Below are positions 1 to 13,436 of a DNA stretch of 64,000 nt, one piece after another. The DNA lies in contig OZ024747.1 of assembly GCA_964016885.1 (NCBI GenBank), positions 84,010,001 through 84,074,000 of the forward strand. Reading direction: 5' to 3'. The position numbers and the translations under genes are program-made. Source of the DNA: Eledone cirrhosa (lineage: Eukaryota). The first letter of the stretch is position 1. Every line of letters starts with the position of its first letter. Below the pieces are notes generated by a model that saw only the letters and a program-made list of their open reading frames with translations, searched no databases and had not been told where the DNA came from.

Positions 1-276
<276 letters not shown>

Positions 277-520
277 AAGCTAGAAAACAATCTAGGTGAC
301 ATGGTGACATGCATGTAAGAAACATACGACATCACCTGCATATTACCGTAACGAATGGTATCACATGGTATCACATGGGTATTTCGGAGTTATTTAGCGT
401 CAAAGAACAGATGGGAGCTTCATATTTACGGCTTAGCGACAAAACCTTTTCTGCTGCAGTAGTAAAAAAATATTTTGTTATTTCTGTACGATCTACTTAA
501 TTATAACTAATTTCATATGC

Positions 521-616
<96 letters not shown>

Positions 617-846
617 TAAGTGTGGGCTAAGCAGCCGAAATACATGATAAAGTTATATCTGTATACCCACAGAATAAAACAACATTGCGCAGTCTTGGTG
701 ATTCTATCCTGTATGCATACATATATAAATTTATTATATATGCATCTATATGTGTGCGTGTACATATACATATGTGTGTATGTATGTATGTATGTATGTA
801 TGTATGTATGTATGTATGTATGTATGTGTTTTTTTTGTTTTTTTTT

Positions 847-882
<36 letters not shown>

Positions 883-909
883 TATTTATTTTTTTTTTTT
901 TTTTTTTTC

Positions 910-953
910 TCGTGCAATGGCCATACTCGATAACGAGGGGGAAGCCATCATGT
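910..953 (+). mobile_element. short 3'-terminal stem-loop fragment of a putative RTE-type retroelement
   Basis: TCGTGCAATGGCCATACTCGATAACGAGGGGGAAGCCATCATG recurs at 29855-29898 (-) and 55563-55603 (+), and as the end of 61530-62097 (-). It folds as CTCG-ATAA-CGAG inside TGGC/GCCA. Confidence 0.55.
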
Positions 954-1134
954 ATGTATGAACCTATAACTCCTGATGAAATCGTAGGGGCACCGTATTG
1001 ACATACAGCATTTCTTGGGCTTTTTTTAACTCTGGAGAAGCCCAGCTCCTCCTCAGGTCTGAACACAGCTGATTTCTTCCAGAGAAAGAAAGAGAATGAT
1101 AGCGAGAAAGTTAGAATGAGGTATAGAAGAGGAT

Positions 1135-1291
1135 CGACCCAGTACTAGACTGGTACATTTTTTTTTTCGACCTCGAAAAGGTGAAAAGCAAAATTGACCT
1201 CGGCAGGATTTGAAGTCAGCTCGCAGAGAGCCGGAACGAATATTCAAAAGCATTCTATCCGACGTTCTAACGACTCCGGCAGTTCACCGCC
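1135..1291 (-). mobile_element. tRNA-derived SINE, family 1
   Basis: Minus strand has a GGCGGTGAACTG head, a B-box-like TTCAAATCC and the GCCGAGGT..CTTT..CCTTTCA..GGTCGA..AAA..GTACCAGT core shared with more than 10 copies in the window. Confidence 0.8.
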
Positions 1292-1389
1292 CATTACATA
1301 TACTTATACATGCATACATATACAGGTGCGCGTGCATGTACACATACGTAGATAGATATATTTCTTTATTTACCATAAAGGCATTGATA

Positions 1390-1625
1390 CGTAGATAGAT
1401 AGGCAGCCAGACAGACAGATGGATAGATAGGTATACACTGTAGATAGATATGTATGTATGTATGTAGGTAGGTAGGTAGGTAGGTAGGTAGGTAGGTAGG
1501 TAGGTAGGTAGGTAGGTAGGTAGGTAGGTAGGTAGGTAGGTAGGTAGGTGGTAGGTAGGTAGGTGGTAGGTAGGTTGGAAGATAGATAGATAGATATATA
1601 GATAGATAGATAGATAGATAGATTG
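1390..1625. repeat. (TAGA)n/(TAGG)n tetranucleotide array
   Basis: Direct inspection. Confidence 0.9.
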
Positions 1626-1702
1626 TAAAATCAGCACTACGTATAAAAAAGGTTGATCGAATTTCCATAATTATATATAATATCTCTTCATCCGGATAAA
1701 AA

Positions 1703-1895
1703 TCTACAGAGAAATATAAACAGATATATGCAGACATAACAGATATATATATATAAATATAAATACAGAGAAATATCAACAGATATATACAGACATAACA
1801 GATATATATAAATATAAATACAGAGAAATATCAACAGATATATGCAGACATATCAACAGATATATATATATAAATATAAATACAGAAAAATATAA
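1703..1895. repeat. AT-rich minisatellite, about 60 bp unit x3
   Basis: Repeating ACAGAGAAATATCAACAGATATATGCAGACATAACAGATATAT. Confidence 0.8.
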
Positions 1896-2235
1896 AGATT
1901 CCGAGAAAACCGTACCTAATAGCTAAAGAGGATCGGTTCACATATATTTGGGTAATGGGCCACGAAATATAGGTATTTAATGTGGCACTATCTATGGCTT
2001 TGAAATAGCTACGGTTTAAGAGAAGAATTTAGGGAGTTGCTGTCTTGGTGAATGTAGAAAATAATAAGGCTGGGTAAGATGAGTTTATGCGTTTGGGAAA
2101 AGATTAGCGTAATGGAACTAGCATACGTAATTACATGATAATTAAGGTGTTGGTGAATAGGTAGAAACGTTACAACATCGGACTGAATGCTTTGTGGCAG
2201 TTATTCTGGGTTTTTACATTCTGAGTTCAAATCCT

Positions 2236-3073
2236 AGAATTTGCAGCCGACATTATACTGCTAAACTCGTCAGAAGAGATCTCTGACATACTTGATAGGT
2301 TAGCTGCCGAGTACTGCACAGAACGAATCAAAATCAGTTCTGTGAAGACTGAGATATTCGTCCTCTGAAGGAAGTCTCCATGGTGGACTATACATGTGAG
2401 TGGAGTTACACTGAAGCAGGTAGAGAAGTTCAAGTATCTCAGGGCCGTGTTCGCGGGGGATAGAATGCAGGGGGTTGAATTGAGTGCAAGAATTGCAAGG
2501 GTTGGTGCAGTAACGCGCCAGCTTCAGCATTCGGTTATCAGAAGAAGGGCGGTAGGTTTAAAAGCCAAACTCGCTACACTTAATTAGGTATTCATGCCAA
2601 CCCTTATATATGGTCATGAATCCTGGGTAATGACCGAAATAATACGACCGCGAATACAAGCGGCCGAAATAGGGCTCCTCCGAAGGGTTTTTAGAGTAAT
2701 ATTACTCGATAGAGTGCGTAGTTCGAAGATCAGAGGGTCGGTCTGGGTAGAGCCGCTACTTTTCCGAACTGAGAGATCAGAGCTCCGATACTATGGATAT
2801 TTGGTGAGATTGTCTCAGGAAAGAATCGCTGGACAAATTTTACAGGCAAAACCAACCGGCAAGAAACCAGGAGTAGACCCTGAGAAATATAGTTGGATTC
2901 ATGAGCTCGACTGGTCACGTTTAGGGTCCATCCAGATCACTTTGGAGACGGGACCCGTTAGAAGGAGATTCTGAGAACTTTGTCCTCACAATCTCCCTCC
3001 CCCCTGAATAAGTGGACGAAGAAGAAGAAGAAGAAGAAGAAGAAGAAGAAGAAGAAGAAGAAGAAGAAGAAGA
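2236..3073 (+). mobile_element. 5'-truncated, decayed RTE-clade LINE (Expander/Rex3-like) with (GAA)n tail
   Basis: FAADI (FADD-like), LKQVEKFKYL, PTLIYGHESWVMT, RIQAAE and YGYLVRL motifs; internal stops; 3' GAATAAGTGGACGAA(GAA)n. Confidence 0.85.
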
Positions 3074-4029
3074 ACTGCAGATGAGATCCTATGAGGCTAA
3101 GACCCTAGAGATTTATTAAGTCTATGGTTCCTGGTATGGTAGAAGTGGCCGTGCTCATGGCCTCTGCAAGCCATCGAAGACCAGAGGCATCGACGCAGTT
3201 GCTGTGACGATATGAGCTGGGGAAGGATTCTAGAGGATTGACGTTCTGTATAGAAGGGCTAGACATAGTGGCTACTCTGCGTTAACAGAAGATAAGAGAA
3301 ATTCAAATACCTGAATGGAAGAAGCTGGAAACCAGTCGGCTCCGATGAACAGAAGCCGCTGCAGTACAGAAAAAGTAAAGTGAAGAGATAGCACATCAGT
3401 TGGCCAGATGCTGGGTGTGCTGGCGAACGATTTTATACCAATCGGGCAGGTGGCCTTTAGATGCGATCTAGAATGACAGTATATGAAAAAGAAGACAAAG
3501 AAGATGAAGAAGACGAAGAAGGATGATGAAAACAACAACAACAACGATAACTACTACAACAATTTGAACAATGTTTGCAACTACTACAAACACTGAAGCC
3601 AATCCTGCAAATGAGAGTACTACTGCAGTTGTTCTCTTAATGAACATTACAAGATACCGACGATGTTTTTTTTTAAACCGGAACCTTTATTACTCAATCA
3701 TCAAGATTGGCAAAGAGAATATTTTAAATAGTTTAAAGAAACATTAGACATGTTATCATTTAGATGTTTTAGATGTCGAAGTTGCTTAAGTCTTTGATGT
3801 TCATCTCTCTAACATGCGACGGTAATCGGTTATTGCTTTTGCCATAAAAACATCTTATAATGTCAATAACAGGTATCACAACACGACGTCGTTCTTACCT
3901 CTTGCACCCTGCTATCTTACACTACTTCGAACACCACGTCTCTATCTCTCTATCTCTCTATATATATATACTCCTCTCTATCTCTCTCTATATATATATA
4001 GATATAGATATATATATATATATACATGT

Positions 4030-4068
<39 letters not shown>

Positions 4069-4116
4069 TATGTATGCATGTCTGTACATATATACACACA
4101 CACACACATATATATA

Positions 4117-4182
<66 letters not shown>

Positions 4183-4214
4183 GTACATAAATGCATACGT
4201 ACACACATACACAC

Positions 4215-4245
<31 letters not shown>

Positions 4246-4368
4246 GTGTGTGTGTATATATATATATATATAATATATATATGTGTGTGTGTGTGTATAT
4301 ATATATATATGTACATAAATGCATACGTACACACATACACACATATATATAATATATATATATATATA

Positions 4369-4431
<63 letters not shown>

Positions 4432-4433
4432 AC

Positions 4434-4825
4434 CTGACCAAGAGACTCACTCAGATGGTGGATGGGTGCTACACGAGAATGCTGAGGATGGCTCTGAACA
4501 TTAATCAGTATACACTGAGGATGAAAAACTCAGAGCTGTATGGGAGCATCCCAAAAGTCAGCTCAAAAGTGACACAGAGGAGACTGAGGTTGGCTGGACA
4601 TGCTCACCGACATCCAGAGTTGACATTGCACTCAGTGCTCCTTTGGGAGCCCCTACATGGACACACTAGAAGAGGAAGACCAAGGTTAACATATGTTGAT
4701 GCCCTAAGGACAGACACTGGTCTGTTGGAGATGCAGGATATGGCAGCGATAATGAGGGACAGAGACCGCTGGAGAGAACTCGTCCATGGATCTCGGGAAT
4801 TTTACCCGCCTTAGATAGATAGATA
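4434..4825 (+). mobile_element. 3' fragment of young RTE LINE (same family as 15098-16553)
   Basis: Nearly identical to 16173-16553; [18 protein letters not shown]...RRLRLAGH...DRDRWR; ends TAG followed by (ATAG)n. Confidence 0.92.
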
Positions 4826-4955
4826 TGTGTACATAAATGCATACATACACACATACACACATATGCACATACACACATACACATATGCACATATACATAC
4901 ATACACACACATGCATACACACACATAATACATACATCCATACACACACACATAG

Positions 4956-5058
<103 letters not shown>

Positions 5059-5135
5059 CATGCTTGCCACACAAATCGGAAATTGAGTTTTGCTTATTTC
5101 TACCTGCAGAAATACGATTCTTGCTGAATTTATAT

Positions 5136-5171
<36 letters not shown>

Positions 5172-5885
5172 ATTTACACCCAGTTATACATATGTATATA
5201 TTTATTCTTAACATATTATTTTATTTTTATCTTCGTCGTTATTATTTACCTTAAACATACTGGCTCATTAATATATACCTATATACATAATAGTTATTTA
5301 AATATTTATAACAATAAGTACTTCAAAAGCTTTACATACCTAATATGTTGGTATATTTGTTAAAGTTTAAATTTAGGTAAATAATCAACAGTATAATATT
5401 TCATTCTTTATGTGCCAGCTAAATCCTTTAAATGTTATTCTCACAATTCAGAAGTTTAGAAATGATAACACACTTATCGAATTTATATAAATAATATATA
5501 AATAACTAGCAAATAATCCTTAAATCTGGAGTCTTCACCCTAATATTATAAATTAAATATTTTCAAATCTAACCGTTTAACTTTCGAAAAAAAAAACCCA
5601 CACTTTATTTTTCCCTCTTTATAAATCTTTTTCCAGTGGCTATCACTGGCTGTTATGATTCATGAGACGTTTTCCTAGATATATTGTAGTATCATACACT
5701 TTAAAATTTTAGAACACTTACAGTATGCAACGTTTTTTCTTACTCACACATTCTCTAATGAATTTATTACGTTTTCGCATTTTCTCATAGATAGGATATA
5801 AGTAAAATTTTCTATTGGGTTAATCACTACCTTAATTAAATCTTAACCATTTAACATCTCAGGGTATGTCATGTATATCATTATA

Positions 5886-5935
5886 TTTTGTCTGATGAGG
5901 ACGTACTGTTGTACATCCGAAATATGTATAATAAA
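5886..5935 (+). ncRNA. hammerhead-like motif (atypical helix I/III) in PLE-like terminal repeat
   Basis: CTGATGA + helix II GGACGTAC-TGTT-GTACATCC + GAAA-TATG-TA, followed by AATAAA; context similar to 7990-8110. Confidence 0.55.
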
Positions 5936-6215
5936 ATGTAATTGATCAAAAGAACATCTATTTTATTAATACTTATATTTTAATATTAATAACTCCAGAA
6001 AATTATTTTTCCGTTTAGTGCTTCCAATCTACTGTAAAACTCATTCTTTGACATAATCATTGAATATTGTTTAACAATTTAATATATATATATATATGTA
6101 TATATATAAAGAGTGTGTGTGTGTGTGTGTGTCACACACACACACACACATATATATATATTTATAATATATATTATATATATATATATATGTATATATA
6201 TAAAGAGAGAGTTTT

Positions 6216-6280
<65 letters not shown>

Positions 6281-6295
6281 GAGAGTTACACATAC

Positions 6296-6335
<40 letters not shown>

Positions 6336-6369
6336 CGAATACTATAACATATAATTCACTTCTTTTATT

Positions 6370-6785
6370 TAGATTCAACATGAGAAATATTCTATATCAC
6401 CTGTCATCCTTACAACACCCCTTCCACCTCATACAAAGTAGTCATGTGACAGAAGAAGTACTGCCACTAATTAGACAAACCAAAACATGTTTCGAATACC
6501 CAAGTGTTTTTACATTTAAATACCAAAACATATACACATATATACGTATTTATGTATGTATATCTATATGTCTGTGTCTATCTAAGATGGGCGACTGAAT
6601 AAGCACGTGTATGTTGTTGTTTCTAATTCCAAAGTTCGTTCCTCTCATCACTCTTACATTCTATTTATATTCTATTTCTAACTGTGTCTTCTGATGAAGG
6701 ACTAATGTCCGAAACGTTAAGACTCTCTTCTTGCTATTTCAAGCGTTAAATTAATATATATGCTGATTGTTTTGTTATTTCTGCT
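6370..6785 (+). mobile_element. PLE-like 3' terminal fragment carrying a hammerhead
   Basis: Lies between microsatellites, contains the hammerhead at 6686-6723, and its tail resembles 19390-19480 (-). Confidence 0.55.
6686..6723 (+). ncRNA. minimal type I hammerhead ribozyme
   Basis: GTCTT-CTGATGA-A-GGAC(TAAT)GTCC-GAAA-CG-TT-AAGAC: helix I 5 bp, helix II 4 bp, palindromic AACGTT helix III. Confidence 0.8.
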
Positions 6786-6805
6786 TTTACACACACGCAT
6801 ATATA

Positions 6806-6836
<31 letters not shown>

Positions 6837-6910
6837 GCATGCTACTGTACGTCTGTATACATATATGTATGTACGTATACATACATACTTACATTTATAT
6901 ATATATATAT

Positions 6911-7678
6911 AATGGAAAAATTTGAACAGGAACAAAACAGAGAGGCAGTACAACGAATGTTTATTAATTTCACGCTCTGGAGAGTGGGGTGGTGGTGGGG
7001 AACGACGTTTCGGGCATAAGCCCTTCCTCAGGTGAGAAGTGTGTGGGTACAGAGTTCAAAGGGTGTGTAGGGGAGTGGTGGAGAGACATATAGCGAAAGG
7101 AAACGGTGCGAATGAAATTAAAAATGAAAATAAAAATAAAGCATGATCAAAATAAAAGGAATGAAATAAAAATAAATATAAAAGCATGATCAAAATAAAC
7201 TGAAATTAAAAGGGGGTAAAACAGGTGGTGGAAGAGTGTGAGGTGTGTAGGGGTGGTGGCGGGTGGAGTGGGGAGAGGGAGACGGGGTGTCCGAGCGGGG
7301 AGGGCTGAAGGTGGTGTGTGTGTGTAGGTGTACGTGTGTGTGTGTGTGTGTGTATGTGAAAGTAAGGGTTGGGGGAAGAACGGGGTTACATGTTCAGGAA
7401 GAGGTGTGTGTGGGGGGGTTGTAGGTCGGAGTGTCTGTGCGTGTGTGGATAGAGGGGTGGGGGGAGATGAATCAGGAGGCTGAGGGTGTAAATATGTGGT
7501 GGAAAGCACGTGTGTGTGGGGTTTAAGCGTGTTGTGGGTGTAGGTGGCGTGTGGGAGAAAAAAAAATGTTGGGGGTGTGTGTGTGGGTGAGTTATATAGG
7601 TGATTCCGTAAGAGGATGGTTGAAATGTTGGTAAATTCCTATGATGTTAGTAGATTCCGTGGTGGTCAAGTTCCACAA
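6911..7678 (-). mobile_element. PLE-like terminal repeat, family B, with hammerhead core
   Basis: Homologous to 25128-25757 and the 3' tip at 60894-60935; core at 7002-7034 followed by AATAAA; flanked by (TA)n. Confidence 0.75.
7002..7034 (-). ncRNA. minimal hammerhead core (weak helix I)
   Basis: Minus strand CAC-CTGAGGA-A-GGGC(TTAT)GCCC-GAAAC-GTC-GT. Confidence 0.65.
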
Positions 7679-7689
7679 TATATATATAT

Positions 7690-8138
7690 GTAAAAGTTCT
7701 ATTTAAATTGTTGGGATACAACAAGCAAATATTTTTATAACTGATATAAAGCACTCAACAAATAATTGGAGTAAGAATACGATATTAACAAATGGAAACT
7801 ATATTTATAAAACTATATTTATTTCATTATACATATTTCAAGGACACCAAGTTAAATTATGGTGTGCTTTCGTCAGATAAAATATAATATAAAGCAGTTT
7901 TATAAATAAATATTGACATACCCTTAAAGAATGCAACCATTACTGTTGGAAACTCCCGGTAGCTTCCAACAGCAATGGTTGCATTCTTTAGGGGTATGTC
8001 AATATTTATTTATAAAACTGCTTTATATTATATTTTATCTGACGAAAGCACACCATAATTTAACTTGGTGTCCTTGAAATATGTATAATGAAATAAATAT
8101 AGTTTTATAAATATAGTTTCCATTTGTTAATATCGTAT
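7690..8138 (-). mobile_element. fold-back insert, about 177 bp inverted arms plus about 88 nt tail, hammerhead-like motif in each arm
   Basis: Arms about 7778-7954 and 7961-8138 nearly perfect; CTGACGA..ACACCA/TGGTGT..GAAATATGTA at 8039-8085 (+) and about 7830-7876 (-). Confidence 0.8.
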
Positions 8139-8151
8139 ATATATATATATA

Positions 8152-8331
8152 GGAAAAGGTTCAGGACCCTGACGGCAGAGCTCAAGCCGTTTCGACGGCT
8201 ATTTCTGGACGAAACGGCTTGAGGTCTATCGTCGGGGTCCTGAACCTATTCCTATTACCCACTCTTCTACCCAAAGTATCGATTACTCTGGTGCGTTATG
8301 GTCCACCTGGTTCCTTACCACACTTCCTTCG
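8152..8331 (+). mobile_element. fold-back insert, family A (copy 1)
   Basis: Hairpin 8152-8252 plus 79-nt tail ending CTTCG then TTATA; homologous to 33663-33855 and 43329-43463. Confidence 0.8.
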
Positions 8332-8362
8332 TTATATATATATATATATACATACACATATG

Positions 8363-8446
<84 letters not shown>

Positions 8447-8451
<5 letters not shown>

Positions 8452-8893
8452 CAGGGAAGAAGAGTGACACGGTTTGCTACACAAAAAAGGTTTTTAATCT
8501 CATTGCTGACAATTGTTTCTCTGAACTGGTAGGTCTAGAGATCGCTATCCGCTTATTTTCACGTTACTCGATCGCCTGGTTACTACTTTGTATTGGTGAT
8601 CGAGTAACGTGAAAATGAGCGGATAGCGATCTCTAGACCTACCAGTTCAGAGAAACAATTGTCAGCAATGAGATTAAAAACCTTTTTTGTATAGCAAACC
8701 GTGTCACTCTTCTTCCCTGATTTATTATTACTCCAAGTGTTTACAACATATGAATTACAGCGTCCTCTCAACATCACTATGGAAACGCCTTGTTGAGTCA
8801 AACTTAGCCAAGCGTTGATATCATCCACTACCCGGAGTACCATAACTGGACTACACCTAAGTGGACAGCATATAACAATAATTTGTTACCCCG
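8447..8893 (+). mobile_element. fold-back insert, family C, about 130 bp arms plus tail
   Basis: Arms about 8447-8576 and 8595-8724; carries the hammerhead 3' half GAAA-CAATTG-TC; tail ends TTACCCCG-(TA)n. Confidence 0.75.
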
Positions 8894-8909
8894 TATATAT
8901 ATATATATA

Positions 8910-8985
8910 CGGGGTAACAAATAATTGCTATATGCAGTCCTCTTAGGTGTAGTCCAGTTATGGTACTCCGGGTAGTGGATGATAT
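8910..8985 (-). mobile_element. second 3' tip of family C, tail-to-tail with 8818-8893 across (TA)8
   Basis: Reverse complement of 8818-8893 with a few substitutions. Confidence 0.75.
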
Positions 8986-9006
8986 ATGTATGTACATATG
9001 TATGTG

Positions 9007-9053
<47 letters not shown>

Positions 9054-9087
9054 ATACGTATATATATGTATACGCATGTATATATAT

Positions 9088-9452
9088 GCATACGTTAAGA
9101 CGGACGTTGCGGAAAGTGAAAGTAAATTTTTTGACAACAGTGAATTTGTTTATTTACAACAGGTCTCTATAGTGATATGGTGTTAATTAGTATTGCGCGT
9201 GTGATTATTTTTTCTTTAGATAGACGTTAAACGATGATGATGACACAAACACATATATATATACAAACACACATATATATATACATACAGACACACATAT
9301 ATACACACATATACACACCCACACATATATATATATTAAGAAATCCATACAATTGCGTGTGTATCGTAACTTTCATTGTAAAAAAAAAAAAAAAAATTCA
9401 CTGTTGTCAGAAAATTTACTTTCACTTTCCGCAACGCCCGTCTTAACGTATG

Positions 9453-9453
<1 letters not shown>
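9088..9453. mobile_element. MITE with about 60 bp terminal inverted repeats in TA context
   Basis: GCATACGTTAAGACGGACGTTGCGGAAAGTGAAAGTAAATT..GACAACAGTGAAT and its reverse complement at about 9396-9453. Confidence 0.75.
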
Positions 9454-9518
<65 letters not shown>

Positions 9519-9731
9519 CATATATTATTTCACATTATATTGTACTGTGCTATATCACATGTATACATTTTGTATATACAGCACGTAGATGTTTATATAC
9601 ATGTACATAAATACAAACATATAAATCAGCTGTTGTTTACTATATATCCACCAGCTGTATTTAACATAACCAACAATACAAACAGTAAAAAAAAGCGAAA
9701 GAAATCTTGCTGAAAAGCCATTGTAGAGTTG

Positions 9732-9881
9732 CTAGTGTGGGCCTCATCTATGGCTTAACATCTAGTGTGGGCCTCATCTATGGCTTAACATCTAGTGTGG
9801 GCCTCATCTATGGCTTAACATCTAGTGTGGGCCTCATCTATGGCTTAACATCTAGTGTGGGCCTCATCTATGGCTTAACAT
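9732..9881. repeat. perfect 30-bp minisatellite x5
   Basis: CTAGTGTGGGCCTCATCTATGGCTTAACAT at 9732, 9762, 9792, 9822 and 9852, with no spacers. Confidence 0.95.
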
Positions 9882-9975
9882 TTTACATTTCTAAATATCT
9901 GCATTATATATGAACATGAGAAATATCTAAATTCTTTCTGTCTTTGTCTTTCTGTCTGTTTATGTGTATATGTGT

Positions 9976-10095
<120 letters not shown>

Positions 10096-10947
10096 ATGTG
10101 TGTGTGTGTTTGTGTGTGTGTTTATTTGTGTGTGTGTGTGTGTGTGTGAGTATTTACTTATTATCTATGTAAAAATAAGGTTCCGTTTGTTTGTATATGT
10201 GAGCGTGAGTGTTTGTGGGTTTGCGTCAGTATATTGATATATGTATAAGGTGACCATAAACACACACACACACATAAACACGCACACCCACTCACGGTTA
10301 AGCTTATACTGTGTTACGGGTGGCAGTGCCTTAATTTCATAGCAAGCTGTTTCGTTATTCGAACATGTTCGTACATGCTCATCCACACAGTTTCTGCCCG
10401 CCAAATCTCAATCAGAAAACACTAGCCAACTCGAGACTACAGAAGAAAACAAGATCCCGGGCAATGGTCACAAAGCAAACTTAATCACACGGTTATTGTT
10501 GTTCGTGTATTTATATTTTAAAATTAAGTGGAAGCGAACTAAAATGACTCATCTGATAGAGGAATATAACCTCACCCGCGGATTATTTACAACTTCTGGA
10601 AGAAAGATTTATTTCTCCTGTTTTTTCTTTCACATATTATCTATTTATGTAAGGTTCTCTCCTGTCAACTGGCGATAACAGTTTAATAAATTGTTTTCAA
10701 ATTACATTTAGTATATCAGACTAAATGCCGCAACAGTCAAATGTTGGGGTCCATTAAATAGACAACACCCTTTCTCCAAGTTTGACCTTCTACCAACGTT
10801 AGAAATTATGGCATGATAGGTATGGAATATATTTTCACACGAAATGAAGGAAACCAAAGTCAAATTCGACAGGATTTTGAACGCAGGACGTTGGGGTCGA
10901 TAGAAATCCTAGTGTTTTAACGTTATTGCTTCTCGACTTCAATCAAA

Positions 10948-11136
10948 ATTGTTTCTACTTTTGGCACAAGACCTGTAATTATCTCAGTGCATTACTGGTA
11001 CTTTATTTTATCGACCCCCGTAAGGATGAAAGGCAAAGTTAACCTCGGCGGGATTTGAATTCAGACTGCAAAGGGGCGTAACTCTATGCTGCAAAGCATA
11101 TTGTCCAACCCTCTACCGATTCTGCCAGTCCACCGC
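10948..11136 (-). mobile_element. tRNA-derived SINE, family 1
   Basis: Near full-length reverse copy of 12296-12480. Confidence 0.85.
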
Positions 11137-11173
11137 CCTCTACTTCAATAATAATAGGGCCGCCACGAAAGGG

Positions 11174-11397
11174 TTAACCCTTTCTTGACCGCGTTTTTAA
11201 TGGAATACATCTCTACTTTATTTAGTTATCGAAGAATTCTGAGGAATTTACGGAATTTCTTAATTTAAGAAAAATCTAAGACTATAACTTAAAATATGGT
11301 TCTTTTATAAAATTATTTTGGAAGATATAAATTTAAATGGTGTGGTTTTGTTTCATAAACCCGGGGCTAGTTTCGGCCGGATGGTGCCAAAAAGGAT
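11174..11397. mobile_element. possible piggyBac-like MITE (TTAA-CCCTT start)
   Basis: TTAACCCTTTCTTGACC start; related starts at about 45742, 57572 and 59911; right end is degenerate. Confidence 0.35.
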
Positions 11398-12295
11398 GCA
11401 ATCTGAAACCATCACATCCAAAAGTCATGAAACATTAGAAATTCGTTGATATTTTTAATCTTATAGTGCCTGGTAGTCAACGATATGAAAGTATCCTTTT
11501 GGCCTGTTTACATAAATCTTTTGTTTGTATTCGGGAAAAAACCAGTAATATTTAGGATGCTTTTCGTTTTTGATTAGAACTAGTAAGCTCTTGTTGGGGA
11601 TTGCTGGCCTTCCAGCATCTCAACTATGTCATATTTCAGTCTCTTCAGAGATCACACTGGACACACTGTCAGTCAGTGTTTGGTTGATTGGAATGGCAGT
11701 ATAGCAGTTTGTTGTGTAGAATGCTGTCTAGAATGTCTTCAGTATGCTGGTTTTATGCTGTCTAAACGTTTTATAGTGTTTACTGCGAAGGCAAACAATG
11801 TAAAATCTACCAGTAAATTCCTCACTGCTTATTGTAAGCAGTTCATAACTCAACAGAATTTTGGGTCTAGAGAGGTAATTGATATGCAGCTATTTTGGTC
11901 TGTGTGTGTGTATATATATGTGTGTGTGTATATATGTATTTATGTGTTATGTGTGTAGAAAACAGTGTATGTGTGAGTGTTTGTATTGGATATGAGATTA
12001 ACATTAAGATGTTTTAGAAAGATATTACAACTTATTTTCAATTCAAATCTCAAACATTACTTTGTAATTCGTGTGATTGTCTTTCTGCTTATAGTTACCA
12101 GTGGTGGCCATTTCCGTTCACAGTTAGCTTAGCTTTTAGAGACCGACATAAATGTATATTGAAACGATCAAATCCAGTAAGTATTCTGATTCATATATTG
12201 AATGTCTTGATTTTTACCAATCTGGAATAATTGAATTTTATGAGAATTATTTTGGTTTGTATTTAATTGATAATATTATTCTCATAACATAGAGG

Positions 12296-12588
12296 GGCGG
12301 TGGATTGGCAGTATCGGCAGAGAGTCGGACGCCATGCTTTCCAGCATAGAGTTACGTCACTTTACGGACTGAGTTCAAATCCCGCCGAGGTTTACTTTAC
12401 CTTTCATCCTTACGGGAACGTTAAAATAAAGCACCAGTAATGTACTGGGGTTGTGCTAAAAGTAAAAACAATTATTATTCTCATAACTTTGCCTTTCATC
12501 CTTCCGAAATCGATAAGTACCAATCAAGTACTTTGGTCGATGTAATCGACTTTTCTCCCAAACTACTGACCTTGAGTCTAAATTAGAA

Positions 12589-12643
<55 letters not shown>

Positions 12644-12990
12644 TTGTCTTTCATCCTTACGGGGTCGAAAAAATAAAGTACCAGTAATGTACTGGGTAAT
12701 TGCTGGCCTTGTGCCTAAAATAGAAACAATTATTATTATTATTATTATTATCATGCAGTGAATTAGTAGAACCGGTAGAACGTCGGACAACATGCTTAGC
12801 AGCACAGAGTTACGTCCCTTTGTGTTCTGAGTTCAAATCCCGCCGAGGTTAGCTTTGCCTTTCAACCTTACGGGGTCGATAAAATAAAGTACCAGTAACG
12901 TACTTGCACTGGGGTCAATTTAATCGACTTTCCTTCTCCCCCAAAATATTGCTGGCCTTGTGCCTAAATCAGAAACCATTATTATTATCA
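12296..12990 (+). mobile_element. head-to-tail cluster of four SINE family 1 copies (two long, two 5'-truncated) separated by (ATT)n tails
   Basis: Core CTTT(G/A)CCTTTCATCCTTAC recurs four times (about 12395, 12488, 12642, 12853). Confidence 0.85.
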
Positions 12991-13379
12991 TAGGTCATGT
13001 GATGTCATTAACACAAATTTATGTATATACTATTTTCATGAACTACTTTTTTCAATTTTCAATTCATATCAATTCTTTCAACGAAGCGGTTAATCATACC
13101 TTTGAGAAAGAAGGTATGAACGTAATTAAATCTCAAATTTTGCAATCACAATTTCATTGCAATGATAGAGAGATAGAAATGGAGTATATCCTGGAGGAGG
13201 ACAGCTTGATCGAGACGTTGATTGAAATTGATATTTTATTGCCACATTTAATACATGTTAAATACATTCCCAGCGGAAAGCTATTACACCAAGTAATCTG
13301 CTGTCAACAGATTAATCCGTGGTGAGATATTAAACAGTATCAGAGCAGAAATATACAATATATATGTATTATATACACA

Positions 13380-13432
<53 letters not shown>

Positions 13433-13436
<4 letters not shown>

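Noticed and set aside
9732-9881. CRISPR-like 30-bp repeats
   Set aside because: No spacers, no cas genes, eukaryotic context; a simple minisatellite.
12960-13325. 121-aa ORF as a host exon (also 11626-11958, 57278-57532 and 59050-59259)
   Set aside because: No recognisable domain or supportable splice structure; short host exons cannot be excluded without RNA-seq.
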